A DNA stretch of 64,000 nt from Candidatus Micrarchaeota archaeon (GCA_021850805.1 JAJZKO010000001.1:45885-109884); one strand, 5' to 3'; shown: positions 10,172 through 20,483, counted from the stretch's first letter. Notes: generated from the letters alone by a model not told the origin. Numbers and translations: made by a program.

Positions 10172-11041
10172 ATGGCAACAAAGCTATCAAAAATGGCATC
10201 GCCGGAACTCAAGCAGGCGCTTGTCGAGCTTAGGCAGTGGATTAATGACCGCCAATTTGAGGACAATCTCAATGTGGAGCACCTTGGGGAACGTGCTGCA
10301 AAGATGGCATTTAGCATGGGTGAAAACAGGGAGATTGAGGTGCGGTCGCATAGGGTAAAAAATGCATGGACCTATGTCTCGACCTATAAAGATGCCGAGA
10401 CTGGAAAGAAGCGGAAGGCAGTGGTTGTTGAGGTCCTGACAGGAACACCGATGCAATCCTCAGGTGAGATAGATGCACTCCTGGCGCATGAAATTGCACA
10501 TGCCGTTGCAGAAGATTCAGAAAGGAGGAAGGGTTATAGGCGCGCCGGGGCTTTGATGAGCTCCGCTGCTGCAGTAACGGTAATGGCTGGGGAAGCATAT
10601 CTAGGGCGCCTCGGCATTCCTGGCGTATATGCGCATTATCTTGGTTCCGCGCAGGGAATGTCTTTTGAGGTCTTGCTCTCCGGGATAGGAACTTACAGCC
10701 TAACGCGAAAGGCATTGGGGGTAGTGCATCTCGCAAATATGCGCTCCGAAGAACTTAGGGCTGATGAAGCGTCTGTAAGAAAAGCAGGGGAAACGGATAC
10801 TGTTATGATGCTGCTTAGGATGGCGCCTCCTGATGCGGCACATGGGGTAATAAATGAGATACTCGATGAAGGGAGGGTAAAGAGCGAGGCCAGCATCATC
10901 GCAAGGGCAGCGGGATACGCCGTCTCATTGTATGGGAGGGCGATCGGATGGCTCAATACAGTGAACTACGGAACTCATCCGGATGTAAGAAAGAGGGTTA
11001 AGAATGCTCTTGAATATTCGAGGCTGGACGGCGGAGCATAG
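10172..11041 (+). CDS. M48 (HtpX-like) zinc metalloprotease
   Basis: LLAHEIAH (HExxH), EELRAD third ligand, THP motif. Confidence 0.75.
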   Translation: MATKLSKMASPELKQALVELRQWINDRQFEDNLNVEHLGERAAKMAFSMGENREIEVRSHRVKNAWTYVSTYKDAETGKKRKAVVVEVLTGTPMQSSGEIDALLAHEIAHAVAEDSERRKGYRRAGALMSSAAAVTVMAGEAYLGRLGIPGVYAHYLGSAQGMSFEVLLSGIGTYSLTRKALGVVHLANMRSEELRADEASVRKAGETDTVMMLLRMAPPDAAHGVINEILDEGRVKSEASIIARAAGYAVSLYGRAIGWLNTVNYGTHPDVRKRVKNALEYSRLDGGA

Positions 11042-11067
11042 AGACGGAGGCAAATTCGGCCTGATTT

Positions 11068-12075
11068 TTAGATAACCATGAAGTCTATGACTATCTCCAC
11101 GGAAGATGGAGAGTAAGGCCTTACTATCCTTTTTGAGATAATCCTTGCTTTTCTTCCATGTTTCAGGCATGCCTTCCTTATCAGGTTTTCAGCACTTGCA
11201 TATGGATTGTCTCTTCCGGAGAACGCATAGTAGTGCACCGTGCAGTTCCTCTTCGCGCAGAGTATTGCGCTCCCTAGGAAATCTGCGGAATCTTTGGGAA
11301 GCGGCATCACTATCCTATCTGCATATCCTTCGTACTTCGGGGCTACCTTGGCCACATCGCCAAGGATCGGTACCACATTTTTGGCCTTGTTTTCTGATAT
11401 GTTCTTCAGCATGTATGAATAGGCGTGCCGGTTAAGCTCTATAGCCACTACTTCGGAACTTGGCGCATTCCTTGCCATCTCTATTGCAAAAGGTCCGACT
11501 CCTGCGAACATCACTATTACTTTTTCGTTTTTCCGTACCAGTTTAGATACCCTGTTTCGTTCGTAGGATAGCCTTGGTGAGAAGAATGCCTTATTCAGGT
11601 CTATGTTGAATATGCATCCATTCTCCCTGTATTTTGATATGTATGTCTTCTTCCCGGCAATGTATGAGTGCTTTCGTATCCGGTATGTGCCGCTTACCGC
11701 GCTAGCCCTGGAAAGAACGGTCTTTATCCTTTTGTTTTGCCTGAGTATCAGCCTCGCTGCCTCCTTCTCTATGCCGCTCTCCGCTTCTACCACTGCTATG
11801 CTGCCTATTATGTCGTACCTTATCGTAGAGCTGCCGAAGACGTCATGCATGCGCTGCGGACCATGGCTCTTTCTTGCCGGTCTCATGCTAGAGTGCCGCA
11901 GAGTGCCGATTGCGGAGAGCCTGGCCGTCTCCGCAGTCCCGATGTCTGGTAAGACCGGGAAGTATACGTATCCGCCCTTCGAGTATGGCTTATATAATGT
12001 ATTAAATATTTTGCGCTTTTTAAGATATTGCCTTGCTTTTTCGGCTTTTGCCTTTTCGACCTTCAGAAACAGCAT
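11068..12075 (-). CDS. trm5: tRNA (guanine37-N1) methyltransferase, Trm5/Taw22 family
   Basis: ENGCIF, FFSPRLSYER, MFAGVGPF SAM motif, IELN, IVMPLP. Confidence 0.85.
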   Translation of the reverse strand: MLFLKVEKAKAEKARQYLKKRKIFNTLYKPYSKGGYVYFPVLPDIGTAETARLSAIGTLRHSSMRPARKSHGPQRMHDVFGSSTIRYDIIGSIAVVEAESGIEKEAARLILRQNKRIKTVLSRASAVSGTYRIRKHSYIAGKKTYISKYRENGCIFNIDLNKAFFSPRLSYERNRVSKLVRKNEKVIVMFAGVGPFAIEMARNAPSSEVVAIELNRHAYSYMLKNISENKAKNVVPILGDVAKVAPKYEGYADRIVMPLPKDSADFLGSAILCAKRNCTVHYYAFSGRDNPYASAENLIRKACLKHGRKARIISKRIVRPYSPSSVEIVIDFMVI

Positions 12076-12134
12076 AATGATAGATATGTTTAAAGGTTTT
12101 TAAATTAAATTGGATATATGTTTAGTGTATTAAT

Positions 12135-12584
12135 ATGTACTTCATAGTCAGGGTTACATCAAGCCAGGAGAAGATAACCGCGGATATATTGGAGAACAAG
12201 GCAACTAAAATGGAGAACCAGGGCATCTTTTCCATAATAATGCCAGAGGGAATGCGCGGATACATAGTCATAGAAGCGGAGAGCGAGCTGGCATGCAGGG
12301 AGCTTATAGCAAATGAGCCTCACGTGAAGGGCATGCTCAAGGATCCTCTTGCCGAGGCGGAACTTGAGAAGATGCTCGTAGTGAAGCAGGCATCTCAGGA
12401 GATGAAAGTGGGGGATATTGTGGAGTTCTTTGTCGGCCCGTTCAAGGGCTACAAGGCAAGGGTTATAAAGGTTGACCAGAGTAAAGAGGAGATTACCGTA
12501 GAGCTTATGGATGTTGCCGTTCCGATACCTGTAACAACCAAATCGGATATGGCAAAGATAATACAAAAGTCAGAGGCAAGCTGA
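12135..12584 (+). CDS. spt5: Transcription elongation factor Spt5 (NusG)
   Basis: NGN domain (GYIVIEA) plus KOW (GDIVEFFVGPFKG), VPIPVT. Confidence 0.95.
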   Translation: MYFIVRVTSSQEKITADILENKATKMENQGIFSIIMPEGMRGYIVIEAESELACRELIANEPHVKGMLKDPLAEAELEKMLVVKQASQEMKVGDIVEFFVGPFKGYKARVIKVDQSKEEITVELMDVAVPIPVTTKSDMAKIIQKSEAS

Positions 12585-12588
12585 TAAC

Positions 12589-13056
12589 ATGACCGACGTA
12601 GTGATAAATGGACTTGTAGAGGGAGGAAAGGCCACCTCTGGTGCGCCTCTTGGGCCTGCACTAGGTCCGCTTGGCGTAAACATAAACAAGATTGTTGAGG
12701 AGATAAACAACAAGACAAGCGGATTCGCAGGCATAAAGATACCTGTAAAGGTGATAGTAAACAAGGAGACAAAGGAATTCAGGATAGAAGTCGGGTCACC
12801 TACAACCAGCGCGCTTATACTCAAGGAACTTGGCATACAGAAAGGGGCCAAGGCAAAGGAGGAAGTGGCTGGAAACATAACTATTGAGCAGGTAAAGAAG
12901 ATTGCAAAGGCCAAGGAACTCTCCATGTACGGAAACTCCGATGCATCGAGGGTAAAGCAGGTTCTTGGGACGTGCGTAAGCATGAACATAACCTGCGAAG
13001 GCGCAAGTGCCAAGGAGATGATAGCGAAGATCAACAGCGGAGAAGTAAAGGTCTGA
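12589..13056 (+). CDS. rpl11: 50S ribosomal protein uL11
   Basis: GGKATSGAPLGPALGPLGVN, GTCVSM. Confidence 0.96.
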   Translation: MTDVVINGLVEGGKATSGAPLGPALGPLGVNINKIVEEINNKTSGFAGIKIPVKVIVNKETKEFRIEVGSPTTSALILKELGIQKGAKAKEEVAGNITIEQVKKIAKAKELSMYGNSDASRVKQVLGTCVSMNITCEGASAKEMIAKINSGEVKV

Positions 13057-13116
13057 TTCGCCTTCTGCTTATTTTCGGCTTTTTGCATTAAAGGACTGCA
13101 TGAAGCAGGTCTATTT

Positions 13117-13812
13117 ATGGCAGGCATTGTAGGAGAGAAGGACAGAATAAGCGCAGATATGCTTTATGGTATATTAAGGGGCCATTTCGGGTTCAGGCAT
13201 TGGTGGCCCGGGGATACAAAGGACGAGATAGCCATAGGCGCGATACTTACGCAGCAGACAACATGGAGGAATGTGGAGAGGGCAATAGATAACCTGAAGA
13301 AAGAAGGGCTCCTTTCAATAAATAGTATTGCCAGGTGCAAAAAGAGCAGGCTTGAGAGGCTTATAAGGAGCACAGGATATTACAGGCAGAAGAGCAGCAG
13401 GCTGATAGGCTTCTGCAAGACCATATCGGATTCCTACGGAGGATTTGAGGGGCTGGAGAAGCTTGGTGACAAGGAGATGAGGAGTGCGCTTCTTTCCATA
13501 AATGGCATAGGGCCTGAGACGGCAGACTCGATAATGCTTTACGCGGCAGGCAGGAAGACTTTTGTGGTGGATGCCTATACCAAAAGAATCTTTTCAAGGA
13601 TTTATGGAACGAAAATTGATATCTCCTATGAGGAGATGCAGAGACTGATAACGAACCTTATACCAAGAAGGCTCGCAGTCTACAAGGACTTCCATGCGCA
13701 GCTTGTAGAGCTGGGTAAGAACAACTGCAAGTCTGTTCCCATCTGTGGCGGATGCCCAGTCGCAAGCTATTGCATGCATGCGAAAAGAAACGCGGCCAAT
13801 GCAGGTATTTAA
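13117..13812 (+). CDS. Endonuclease III-related HhH-GPD DNA glycosylase
   Basis: WWP, ILTQQT, HhH GIGPETAD, VDAY, C-terminal C-x5-C-x2-C-x5-C cluster motif. Confidence 0.88.
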   Translation: MAGIVGEKDRISADMLYGILRGHFGFRHWWPGDTKDEIAIGAILTQQTTWRNVERAIDNLKKEGLLSINSIARCKKSRLERLIRSTGYYRQKSSRLIGFCKTISDSYGGFEGLEKLGDKEMRSALLSINGIGPETADSIMLYAAGRKTFVVDAYTKRIFSRIYGTKIDISYEEMQRLITNLIPRRLAVYKDFHAQLVELGKNNCKSVPICGGCPVASYCMHAKRNAANAGI

Positions 13813-13845
13813 TATTGCATTCATTAACCTTATTGAGGAGAAAGA

Positions 13846-14868
13846 ATGAACTTCAAGGATTATATAGAGCTCCACAGGGATGAGGTCTACAGGAAGATAT
13901 GCGAGTATATACCCATAAAGGAGCCCGAAGGGCATTACAGGATAGTGAGGGACTACAGCGACAGGCAGGGGAGCTACAGGAGACCGGGGCTTCTTATGCT
14001 CTCCGGGCAGCTCTTTGGGGCGAGGGAAGATGAACTCGTGCTTCCTGCCGCTGCGATGCAGCTCTCCGAAGACTGGATACTTGTACACGATGATATAGAG
14101 GACCATTCGGAGCTAAGGCGCGGCAAGCCTGCGCTCCACAAGCTTTACGGGCAGGAGCTGGCTATAAACGCAGGCGACGCAGCGCATATGGTCATGTGGA
14201 AGATGCTCAAGGACAATATCAGGAAGATGGGGATGAGAAGGGGAAGTGCATTCTTTGACAATTTCTACCGGATGCTCGAGTATACGGTAGAAGGGCAGTA
14301 TATAGAGGACAATTTCATCTACAATGTCAGGAGCCTTGCGGCAGCTGATGAGAAGCTATATTTCAGGATAATACAGGGCAAGACCTGCTACTATACGGTA
14401 TACGGGCCTATGCAGCTTGGAGCTATAGCCGCAGGCATGGGGAAGAGCGAGCTTGGCATGCTCAAGGAAATCGGGATGCCTGCAGGAATGGCTTTCCAGA
14501 TAGTTGATGACATTCTTGATATGAGGGCGGATGAGAAGGTCTTCGGAAAGCAGAGATACGGCGATCTCAGGGAGGGGAAGCTCACGCTGATAATGCTTGA
14601 CGCTTACAAGAGCGCCGATGCGGAAGAGAAGAAGGAGATGCAGAGGATTTATGGGAAGAGAAGGGAGGAGAAGAGCGAGGAGGAGATAATGTATCTTGCG
14701 GGCATTGCCGAGAAATACGGAAGCATCGAGAAAGCGCGTAAGAAAGCAGAGTGGTACGGCGCTGCTGCGAAGCAGGCGATAGAGAAGTATAGTGACCAGC
14801 TTCCTAAGAACGAGTTTCTTGATGTTATGCTTACTGCTATAGAGGAACTATACGTAAGGAAAAAATAA
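13846..14868 (+). CDS. Polyprenyl (probably geranylgeranyl) diphosphate synthase
   Basis: FARM DDIED followed by RRG, SARM DDILD, GQ and KT motifs. Confidence 0.92.
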   Translation: MNFKDYIELHRDEVYRKICEYIPIKEPEGHYRIVRDYSDRQGSYRRPGLLMLSGQLFGAREDELVLPAAAMQLSEDWILVHDDIEDHSELRRGKPALHKLYGQELAINAGDAAHMVMWKMLKDNIRKMGMRRGSAFFDNFYRMLEYTVEGQYIEDNFIYNVRSLAAADEKLYFRIIQGKTCYYTVYGPMQLGAIAAGMGKSELGMLKEIGMPAGMAFQIVDDILDMRADEKVFGKQRYGDLREGKLTLIMLDAYKSADAEEKKEMQRIYGKRREEKSEEEIMYLAGIAEKYGSIEKARKKAEWYGAAAKQAIEKYSDQLPKNEFLDVMLTAIEELYVRKK

Positions 14869-14987
14869 ATGCCAAACAGCAATATGCTTTCCCACCCGTT
14901 AGAGCAGTATTTCATATCGTAGACAGGCTTAGCTTCCGAGTTCGGAATGGGTTCGGGCGTTTCCCTGTCCCTATGGCCGTTTGACAT
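14869..14987 (-). rRNA. rrf: 5S rRNA
   Basis: 119 nt; terminal helix (TGTCAAACGGC/GCTGTTTGGCA) and conserved CCCATTCCGAACTCGGAAGCTAAGC loop C signature on the minus strand. Confidence 0.93.
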
Positions 14988-15101
14988 ATTTGTTTTACAG
15001 TTAAAGTTTTTAAGCTTATTGGAAAGCGCCTTCCGGATACGAGAACGGTGCTATGCCTGCGGTATTTATGATTTATTAGTTAGATTATTAACGGCGTATT
15101 T

Positions 15102-16292
15102 ATGGTCTCTGATTCAGGGGAAGTTGAGAAAAGTTTTAGGTTCCTGCTTTATTCGAGGGCGCTCAGAAGCATCGGGATAATATACATGACAATCACGATG
15201 CCGCTTTACCTTGCGGCAATGGGATTGAGCGTGGTAAGCATAGGGTTTGTCGTTGCTGGAGTAATGCTGTTTATGATTGTGGAGACCCTCGCCCTTGGTG
15301 CGCTGGGAGACAGGGCAGGATATAAGTACTCTTTGCTTATTAGTGAGATAATACCGGCATTCGGGGCGCTTGTAATTTTCTTCTCGCAAAACGTGCCGGT
15401 TATCATAGCCGCAGTGATAGTAGCCGGCATAGGTGGAGCAGCAGGGGGAATGCGAGGGGGATTCTCACCCGGATCTACTGCAATAGTTGCGAGCAATTAC
15501 CCAGATGAGCACAAAAGGGTGAATAAGCTTGGGCAGATTACATCTATAGCCTCTTTCTTCTCGATTTTCGGTGCTGCGCTTGTCTCCGCACATTTCTATC
15601 TCTCTTCGGAGCTGGGCACCCTGGCTGCTTACAGAGCAGGATTCTTAATATCAAGCTTGCTCCTCTTCCTCTCGTTTGCCTGCCTTCTCTTCATTAAGGA
15701 AGAAAAGCGGCCAAGGAAGAGTACGCGGATAATGAAGGGAAGCAGCTTCAGGTATATACTTAAGGTGATTGCTGCAAATTCCCTTGGAGGGATAGGCCTT
15801 GGCCTTGCGATACCTCTCCTTCCCCTCTGGCTGGAACTCTCTTACAAGGCGACAACGCTTGAGATAGGTATAATATTCGGATTCTCGTACCTTGTTACCG
15901 CGCTGGGTGCGTATTACGCTTCTTACATGCATGGAAGGTTCGATCCGTTGAGCATTGCCTCATTGACAAGGGTTCTTGGCGGTGCGTTGCTTATCGCAAT
16001 GGCATTATCTCCATTCCTTATCCTGGTTGCAGTAGTCTATCTCTTTAGGGCATTTTTTGCAGGTCTGGGAAATCCCACAAGGAATGCGGTGAATATGCGC
16101 GGCATAGATAGGGAGGACTACGGAACGGCAACGAGCTTTCAGGGCGTCTCGACAAGGATATCGCAGCTGAGTTCAGGAGCAAGTGGATACCTTATGGAGT
16201 ACTCCCTTCCTGCCCCGCTCTTTCTCGGAGGGGCATTCCAGATAGTCAGCGGCATAATGTACAGGTATCTTATAGGCAAGAAGAAGCAATGA
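15102..16292 (+). CDS. MFS transporter
   Basis: GALGDRAGYK motif A, about 12 TM segments. Confidence 0.88.
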   Translation: MVSDSGEVEKSFRFLLYSRALRSIGIIYMTITMPLYLAAMGLSVVSIGFVVAGVMLFMIVETLALGALGDRAGYKYSLLISEIIPAFGALVIFFSQNVPVIIAAVIVAGIGGAAGGMRGGFSPGSTAIVASNYPDEHKRVNKLGQITSIASFFSIFGAALVSAHFYLSSELGTLAAYRAGFLISSLLLFLSFACLLFIKEEKRPRKSTRIMKGSSFRYILKVIAANSLGGIGLGLAIPLLPLWLELSYKATTLEIGIIFGFSYLVTALGAYYASYMHGRFDPLSIASLTRVLGGALLIAMALSPFLILVAVVYLFRAFFAGLGNPTRNAVNMRGIDREDYGTATSFQGVSTRISQLSSGASGYLMEYSLPAPLFLGGAFQIVSGIMYRYLIGKKKQ

Positions 16293-16323
16293 GAAATTAC
16301 TACTTGTGTTGCAGTGCAGCGCT

Positions 16324-17037
16324 TTACCCCCACATCTCTGCTTTTATCATCTTATCGTTTACTCCCAAGGAGATTAGTGCTTCTTTTACGGCCTTTACGA
16401 AGCCAGGCGGCCCGCATATGTAGCTTATCCTCTCTTTGCAATCTGGGGCATATTTCAATATCATGTTTGCATCGACATGCCCTTTTTCGCCGGTCCAGCC
16501 ATCCCCATCCTGAGATCTTGTTACTGTAACAATAAGCTTGAACCCGGTATCCTGTGATACCTTCTCAAGCTGATCCTTTTCTATTATGTCATTAGCGTAT
16601 TTTGTACTATATATCAGAACCCCGTCTGCGGTGCTTCCTTTGCCGTGTATGCTCTCGAGCATGGAGAAAAACGGCGCGAGGCCCGTGCCACCTGCAAGGA
16701 ATAGGAATTTTGTCTGCTCGACAAAATCAAATTTAAACTGGCCGTACGGGCCAGATACATAATATATGTCGCCTATCTTTGCAGAGTCAAGCTTTGATGT
16801 GAATTTTCCATGGATCATCGAGATAAAAAACTGCAGCGAATCGGAAGGAGGCGGGTTTGCGATAGAGAATGCCCTGCCTATGCTCTCTCCTGTTGAAGAA
16901 TCCTTATGATACAGCATTGCGAACATGCCAGGTATAAAATCCATCGGAGAGCCGTCCTGGGACTTGAAGGTGAATGTGGTAACCTCAGGCGTAGTTTTCT
17001 TTATCGAAGATAGAATATACGGCTTGTTTATAATCAA
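16324..17037 (-). CDS. FAD/NAD(P)-binding ferredoxin reductase-type oxidoreductase
   Basis: RAFSIAN, GPYG, LAGGTGLAP, YICGPPGF. Confidence 0.9.
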   Translation of the reverse strand: MIINKPYILSSIKKTTPEVTTFTFKSQDGSPMDFIPGMFAMLYHKDSSTGESIGRAFSIANPPPSDSLQFFISMIHGKFTSKLDSAKIGDIYYVSGPYGQFKFDFVEQTKFLFLAGGTGLAPFFSMLESIHGKGSTADGVLIYSTKYANDIIEKDQLEKVSQDTGFKLIVTVTRSQDGDGWTGEKGHVDANMILKYAPDCKERISYICGPPGFVKAVKEALISLGVNDKMIKAEMWG

Positions 17038-17055
17038 CTCCTCACCTGGGCGGGC

Positions 17056-17391
17056 TTATTGTTTCTGTGAAGAGGTGCTGCTCTCCATTATTTTCTCGTA
17101 CTTCTCTATGCCTTTTATTATCTCTTTAAGTTTGGGACTTATATTGTACCCCAAATCATAGCCCCTCTCTGTGCGTATGTGCGTCGGCTGCAGGACATTA
17201 AGCTGCACAGACAGGGTTCTCAGGGTGATTATCAGAGTCTTACGTGTAAAACTCTTGCCAAGAGCGGCATAGAGCTCCCGCGTTGTCCTGGGAGACTTTA
17301 CCATAAGCATCTTGAGTACCGCATAGTTTGGTTTGCTCAGAACCTTCCTTATAAGCCATATTTCATCGTTACCTTTTTCACGTTTAGACAT
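17056..17391 (-). CDS. Winged helix-turn-helix transcriptional regulator
   Basis: 111-aa basic protein with HTH-like TTRELYAAL...TRKTL and wing GYDLGY. Confidence 0.65.
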   Translation of the reverse strand: MSKREKGNDEIWLIRKVLSKPNYAVLKMLMVKSPRTTRELYAALGKSFTRKTLIITLRTLSVQLNVLQPTHIRTERGYDLGYNISPKLKEIIKGIEKYEKIMESSTSSQKQ

Positions 17392-17444
17392 GTTTACCCC
17401 AACAAAAGTGTATCATAACAGGTATATCCAGTTATGTTTGAATA

Positions 17445-17499
17445 CTAATTATTAGAAAAGTATATATACTTTTATATCATATATCTTAGTATAAGATAT
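17445..17499. promoter_or_regulatory. AT-rich divergent promoter region with three palindromes
   Basis: CTAAT-T-ATTAG (17445-17455), perfect AAAAGTATATATACTTTT (17456-17473), ATATCTTA-GTA-TAAGATAT (17481-17499). Confidence 0.55.
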
Positions 17500-17525
17500 T
17501 TTATTTTAATATAAGTATTGATATT

Positions 17526-19046
17526 ATGATAAAAATAAGCCTGAGGGATCTCATATTAGGCAGGGGAAGTGCGCACGAGGCTGCACAGGCACTGCGGCTT
17601 TCCTTCGATGCATTGCCTGCGGATTCTCAGAAAGTCGAGAAGAGCCTAGGAGGTCTTGTTGAGAAGGCTGTGCTTTCATGCAATGGGAGATACGTCTACC
17701 ACGTTGGTCCCCTCTCGGGGATCTCTGGAAGCGACGAAAAGGCGGCGGCGATGGTGAAGGGGGAGGTTCTTAGGGAAGTTTCCTCTTCGGGATTGGAGAT
17801 TGGGGATGCGTCAGAGATAAGCAGGGTTATTGGCATTTCAGGAAGGTTTCTCGGCGGCAGTATGACGGGACGTGAGACTATCGCGTACATGGTAGCGCAT
17901 GACATCGCAGGATATGGGCCATTGAGCATGCTGATGGAGGATAAGGAAGGGATAGAGGAGATAGAGGTAAACTCGCCATCATCGGTAATAAGCGTGGTCT
18001 CTGCTGAATTCGGCAGGTGCAGCACGAACCTGAGGTTCAGAGGCGAAGATGAATTTAGGGTTGCGGTTAACAAGATGGCATATAGTGCAGAGAAGTCAGT
18101 AGGGTTTGAGAACCCTGTAGTGGATCTGCAGCTGGGCAATGCGCGGGTACATGCCCAGATAAAACCATATGCTGCCAGCGGCGCAGCTGCATCCATAAGG
18201 ATGGGTGGATTTAAGAAGAGGGGCCTTGTCGCAATAATTAAGTCAGGGATGATAACTTGCGAGGCTGCTGCTTATGCGTGGATGCTGATTGATTCTGGGA
18301 TGTGCATGGTTATATGCGGCCCTCCTGCAAGCGGGAAAACCACGATGCTCTCCGCGCTTATGGAACTGGATATGCCTTATAGGAAAACAATAGTGGTTGA
18401 AGAGGAGATTAACGAGATACGCTTCGCCAGCCACGTAAATAACCTCGTCTCCCTGTACGGCTCACGATATGGAAGGGTTGGGGCAGGTGATCAGGTAGTA
18501 AATGCTCTGAGATTGCGGCCAGAGATGATAGTTGTGGGCGAGATGAGAGGCAGCGAGGCGAGGGAACTCTTCGCAGGTGGTAATATAGGGGTTCCGTTCC
18601 TCGCTACAATGCACAGCAATGCGGAACCTATTGCAGTTGTAAATAGGCTATTGAGCAGCCCGATGTCTGTCGAAGCAGGAAACATAAGCGCTCTTGACTC
18701 ATCCATCCATACAGCCCAGGATTTGAAGGGAACCCGCAGGGTCTGTGCAGTATTTGAGTATAGATGGCTAAGCAGGGCAGAGACGGATGACGGGGAGGAG
18801 CTTAGCTGCGGGGATTCTGTAGAATTCTCAGGCCTGTGGGAGGAGGGAAATATATCTAGGAAGATGCTTGGATCCTCAAAAGTGATCGATAAGTACTCTC
18901 GTTTTAAAGGCATATCGAAAAAGGCTTCGCTGCGAGAGTTTGAGAATCGCTCCGCATTTTTAGAGGGCTTAATATCGGAAAATATAGGGCAGAATGAGGC
19001 TGAAAAAAAACTATTTGATTATAAGATCCGGTCTGAGTTTGGCTGA
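17526..19046 (+). CDS. Type II/IV secretion (TadA/VirB11/FlaI-like) pilus assembly ATPase
   Basis: Walker A GPPASGKT, ALRLRPE, Walker B VVGEMRG, ATMHS His box. Confidence 0.9.
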   Translation: MIKISLRDLILGRGSAHEAAQALRLSFDALPADSQKVEKSLGGLVEKAVLSCNGRYVYHVGPLSGISGSDEKAAAMVKGEVLREVSSSGLEIGDASEISRVIGISGRFLGGSMTGRETIAYMVAHDIAGYGPLSMLMEDKEGIEEIEVNSPSSVISVVSAEFGRCSTNLRFRGEDEFRVAVNKMAYSAEKSVGFENPVVDLQLGNARVHAQIKPYAASGAAASIRMGGFKKRGLVAIIKSGMITCEAAAYAWMLIDSGMCMVICGPPASGKTTMLSALMELDMPYRKTIVVEEEINEIRFASHVNNLVSLYGSRYGRVGAGDQVVNALRLRPEMIVVGEMRGSEARELFAGGNIGVPFLATMHSNAEPIAVVNRLLSSPMSVEAGNISALDSSIHTAQDLKGTRRVCAVFEYRWLSRAETDDGEELSCGDSVEFSGLWEEGNISRKMLGSSKVIDKYSRFKGISKKASLREFENRSAFLEGLISENIGQNEAEKKLFDYKIRSEFG

Positions 19047-19051
19047 TTTGA

Positions 19052-19738
19052 ATGGATTCGCGTAAGATATATGCTGCAATGCCTTGGTTTTCCGCATGGG
19101 TGGTGTGGGGCACCCTCTTTGCCATAGTGGGCGGAGAACGCGGGCCGTTTGGATTGCTTACAGCATTTGCTATCTGCGCGCTTCCTTGCTGCGCCATAGC
19201 CCTGCTCTTCTCCATGAATAGGAGGATGCACAGGGGAAGCGAGTTTAAGGAGAGATTTTTATGGGCTGTGGATCTTGCGCTTGCATATTCGAAGGCGGGG
19301 ATTGGGATGTGCAATGCGCTTGCAATCTCAGGATTCGCTTCGCGGGACAGAAAGACAGCACAGGAACTCGAAAGGATCAGGATACGTCTACTATGTGGGG
19401 AGAATGCGGAGATAGGCGGGAGTAATAAGCGAATGCAACTTTCTGCAAACGATTCTGGCAGGGTCATATGGGATGCGGAGTCGCTTAAAGCTGCTGTTGC
19501 AGGTTATTATGCGCTTGAGATGGAGGGAGGGGCGAGGAAGTGGGATAATATCGTAAAGCTCTCCACACTCAGCATGTTCTTCTCCGCCGTAGGGCCAAGT
19601 TTTGTGATATTCGCTTTTGTAGGAGAGTCCATAGTGGGAGGGAGGGGCAGCATCTTGCCATTTGCGCTAGTAATGCTCGGCGTCATGCCTGTAGCGTATG
19701 CCTTGGTAAAGGCGAGGATGGAGAGGGTTTTTCTGTGA
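19052..19738 (+). CDS. Putative TadB/TadC-like pilus platform membrane protein
   Basis: TM-soluble-TM layout directly after the assembly ATPase. Confidence 0.55.
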   Translation: MDSRKIYAAMPWFSAWVVWGTLFAIVGGERGPFGLLTAFAICALPCCAIALLFSMNRRMHRGSEFKERFLWAVDLALAYSKAGIGMCNALAISGFASRDRKTAQELERIRIRLLCGENAEIGGSNKRMQLSANDSGRVIWDAESLKAAVAGYYALEMEGGARKWDNIVKLSTLSMFFSAVGPSFVIFAFVGESIVGGRGSILPFALVMLGVMPVAYALVKARMERVFL

Positions 19739-20475
19739 AGAATATGAGAAGGGTGCTGTTTTACTGCTTTGCTGCCTTAGGAAGCGTCGCGGCGCTGCTT
19801 GCTATCGGAGCGTATGCATTTTTTATCGCTGTGCTCGGATCGGGGATGGTGTTTTATATGCGAAGGATGGATCGAGAAGACGCGCATGACAGAGACGATG
19901 CAATGAACCTTGCCTTTAGGATTGCTGCTTCAGGATCCTCGCTGCCTGCGATTAGGGAATGCGCGGCAAGGATTGAAGGAGCAGGGCTGAGGGGAAGAGC
20001 TCTGAGATGGTGCAATATGCTTATCTTTACTGGTGCGGCAGATAGCGAGATAACCGTGGACCCGCTTGCAAACTCTGTTTTTGAGCTCGCTGCCTTTGGC
20101 GCTTCGACAGGCAGGGATATATCCCATGCCATGGATCATCTTGGCATGCGGATCAGGAGGCGGATTGAGGCTGAACACGAATATGTAGCGAGGGCGGTGG
20201 GTATGGATAGGGTATCTATTGCGGGGCTTGGCTTCTTCCTTCCTGCATTTGGCGGCATAGCTTCAGGATTGATGCATTTTACCGGAAGCTCTTTTCATGG
20301 AGCAATGTTTGAGGCATCGATAGCCGGCTTTATCCTATGCTGCCTCTGTATAAATGCGCTCTTCTCGGTGAAAAGGGAGGACGCTGTTCAGAAGCTCGCA
20401 GGGATTGCCATAGCGTTTTCTTTCTCTGCGCTTGTTATGCTCTCAGTATCGAGATTGTTGGTAACATTTATGTGA
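19735..20475 (+). CDS. Putative TadB/TadC-like pilus platform membrane protein
   Basis: Same layout; TGRDISHAM segment resembles T2SSF repeat; overlaps previous gene by 4 nt. Confidence 0.55.
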   Translation: MKNMRRVLFYCFAALGSVAALLAIGAYAFFIAVLGSGMVFYMRRMDREDAHDRDDAMNLAFRIAASGSSLPAIRECAARIEGAGLRGRALRWCNMLIFTGAADSEITVDPLANSVFELAAFGASTGRDISHAMDHLGMRIRRRIEAEHEYVARAVGMDRVSIAGLGFFLPAFGGIASGLMHFTGSSFHGAMFEASIAGFILCCLCINALFSVKREDAVQKLAGIAIAFSFSALVMLSVSRLLVTFM

Positions 20476-20483
20476 GTGGTTTG

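Noticed and set aside
14649..14987. 112-aa minus-strand ORF
   Set aside because: Shadow of the 5S rRNA and antisense of the prenyl synthase
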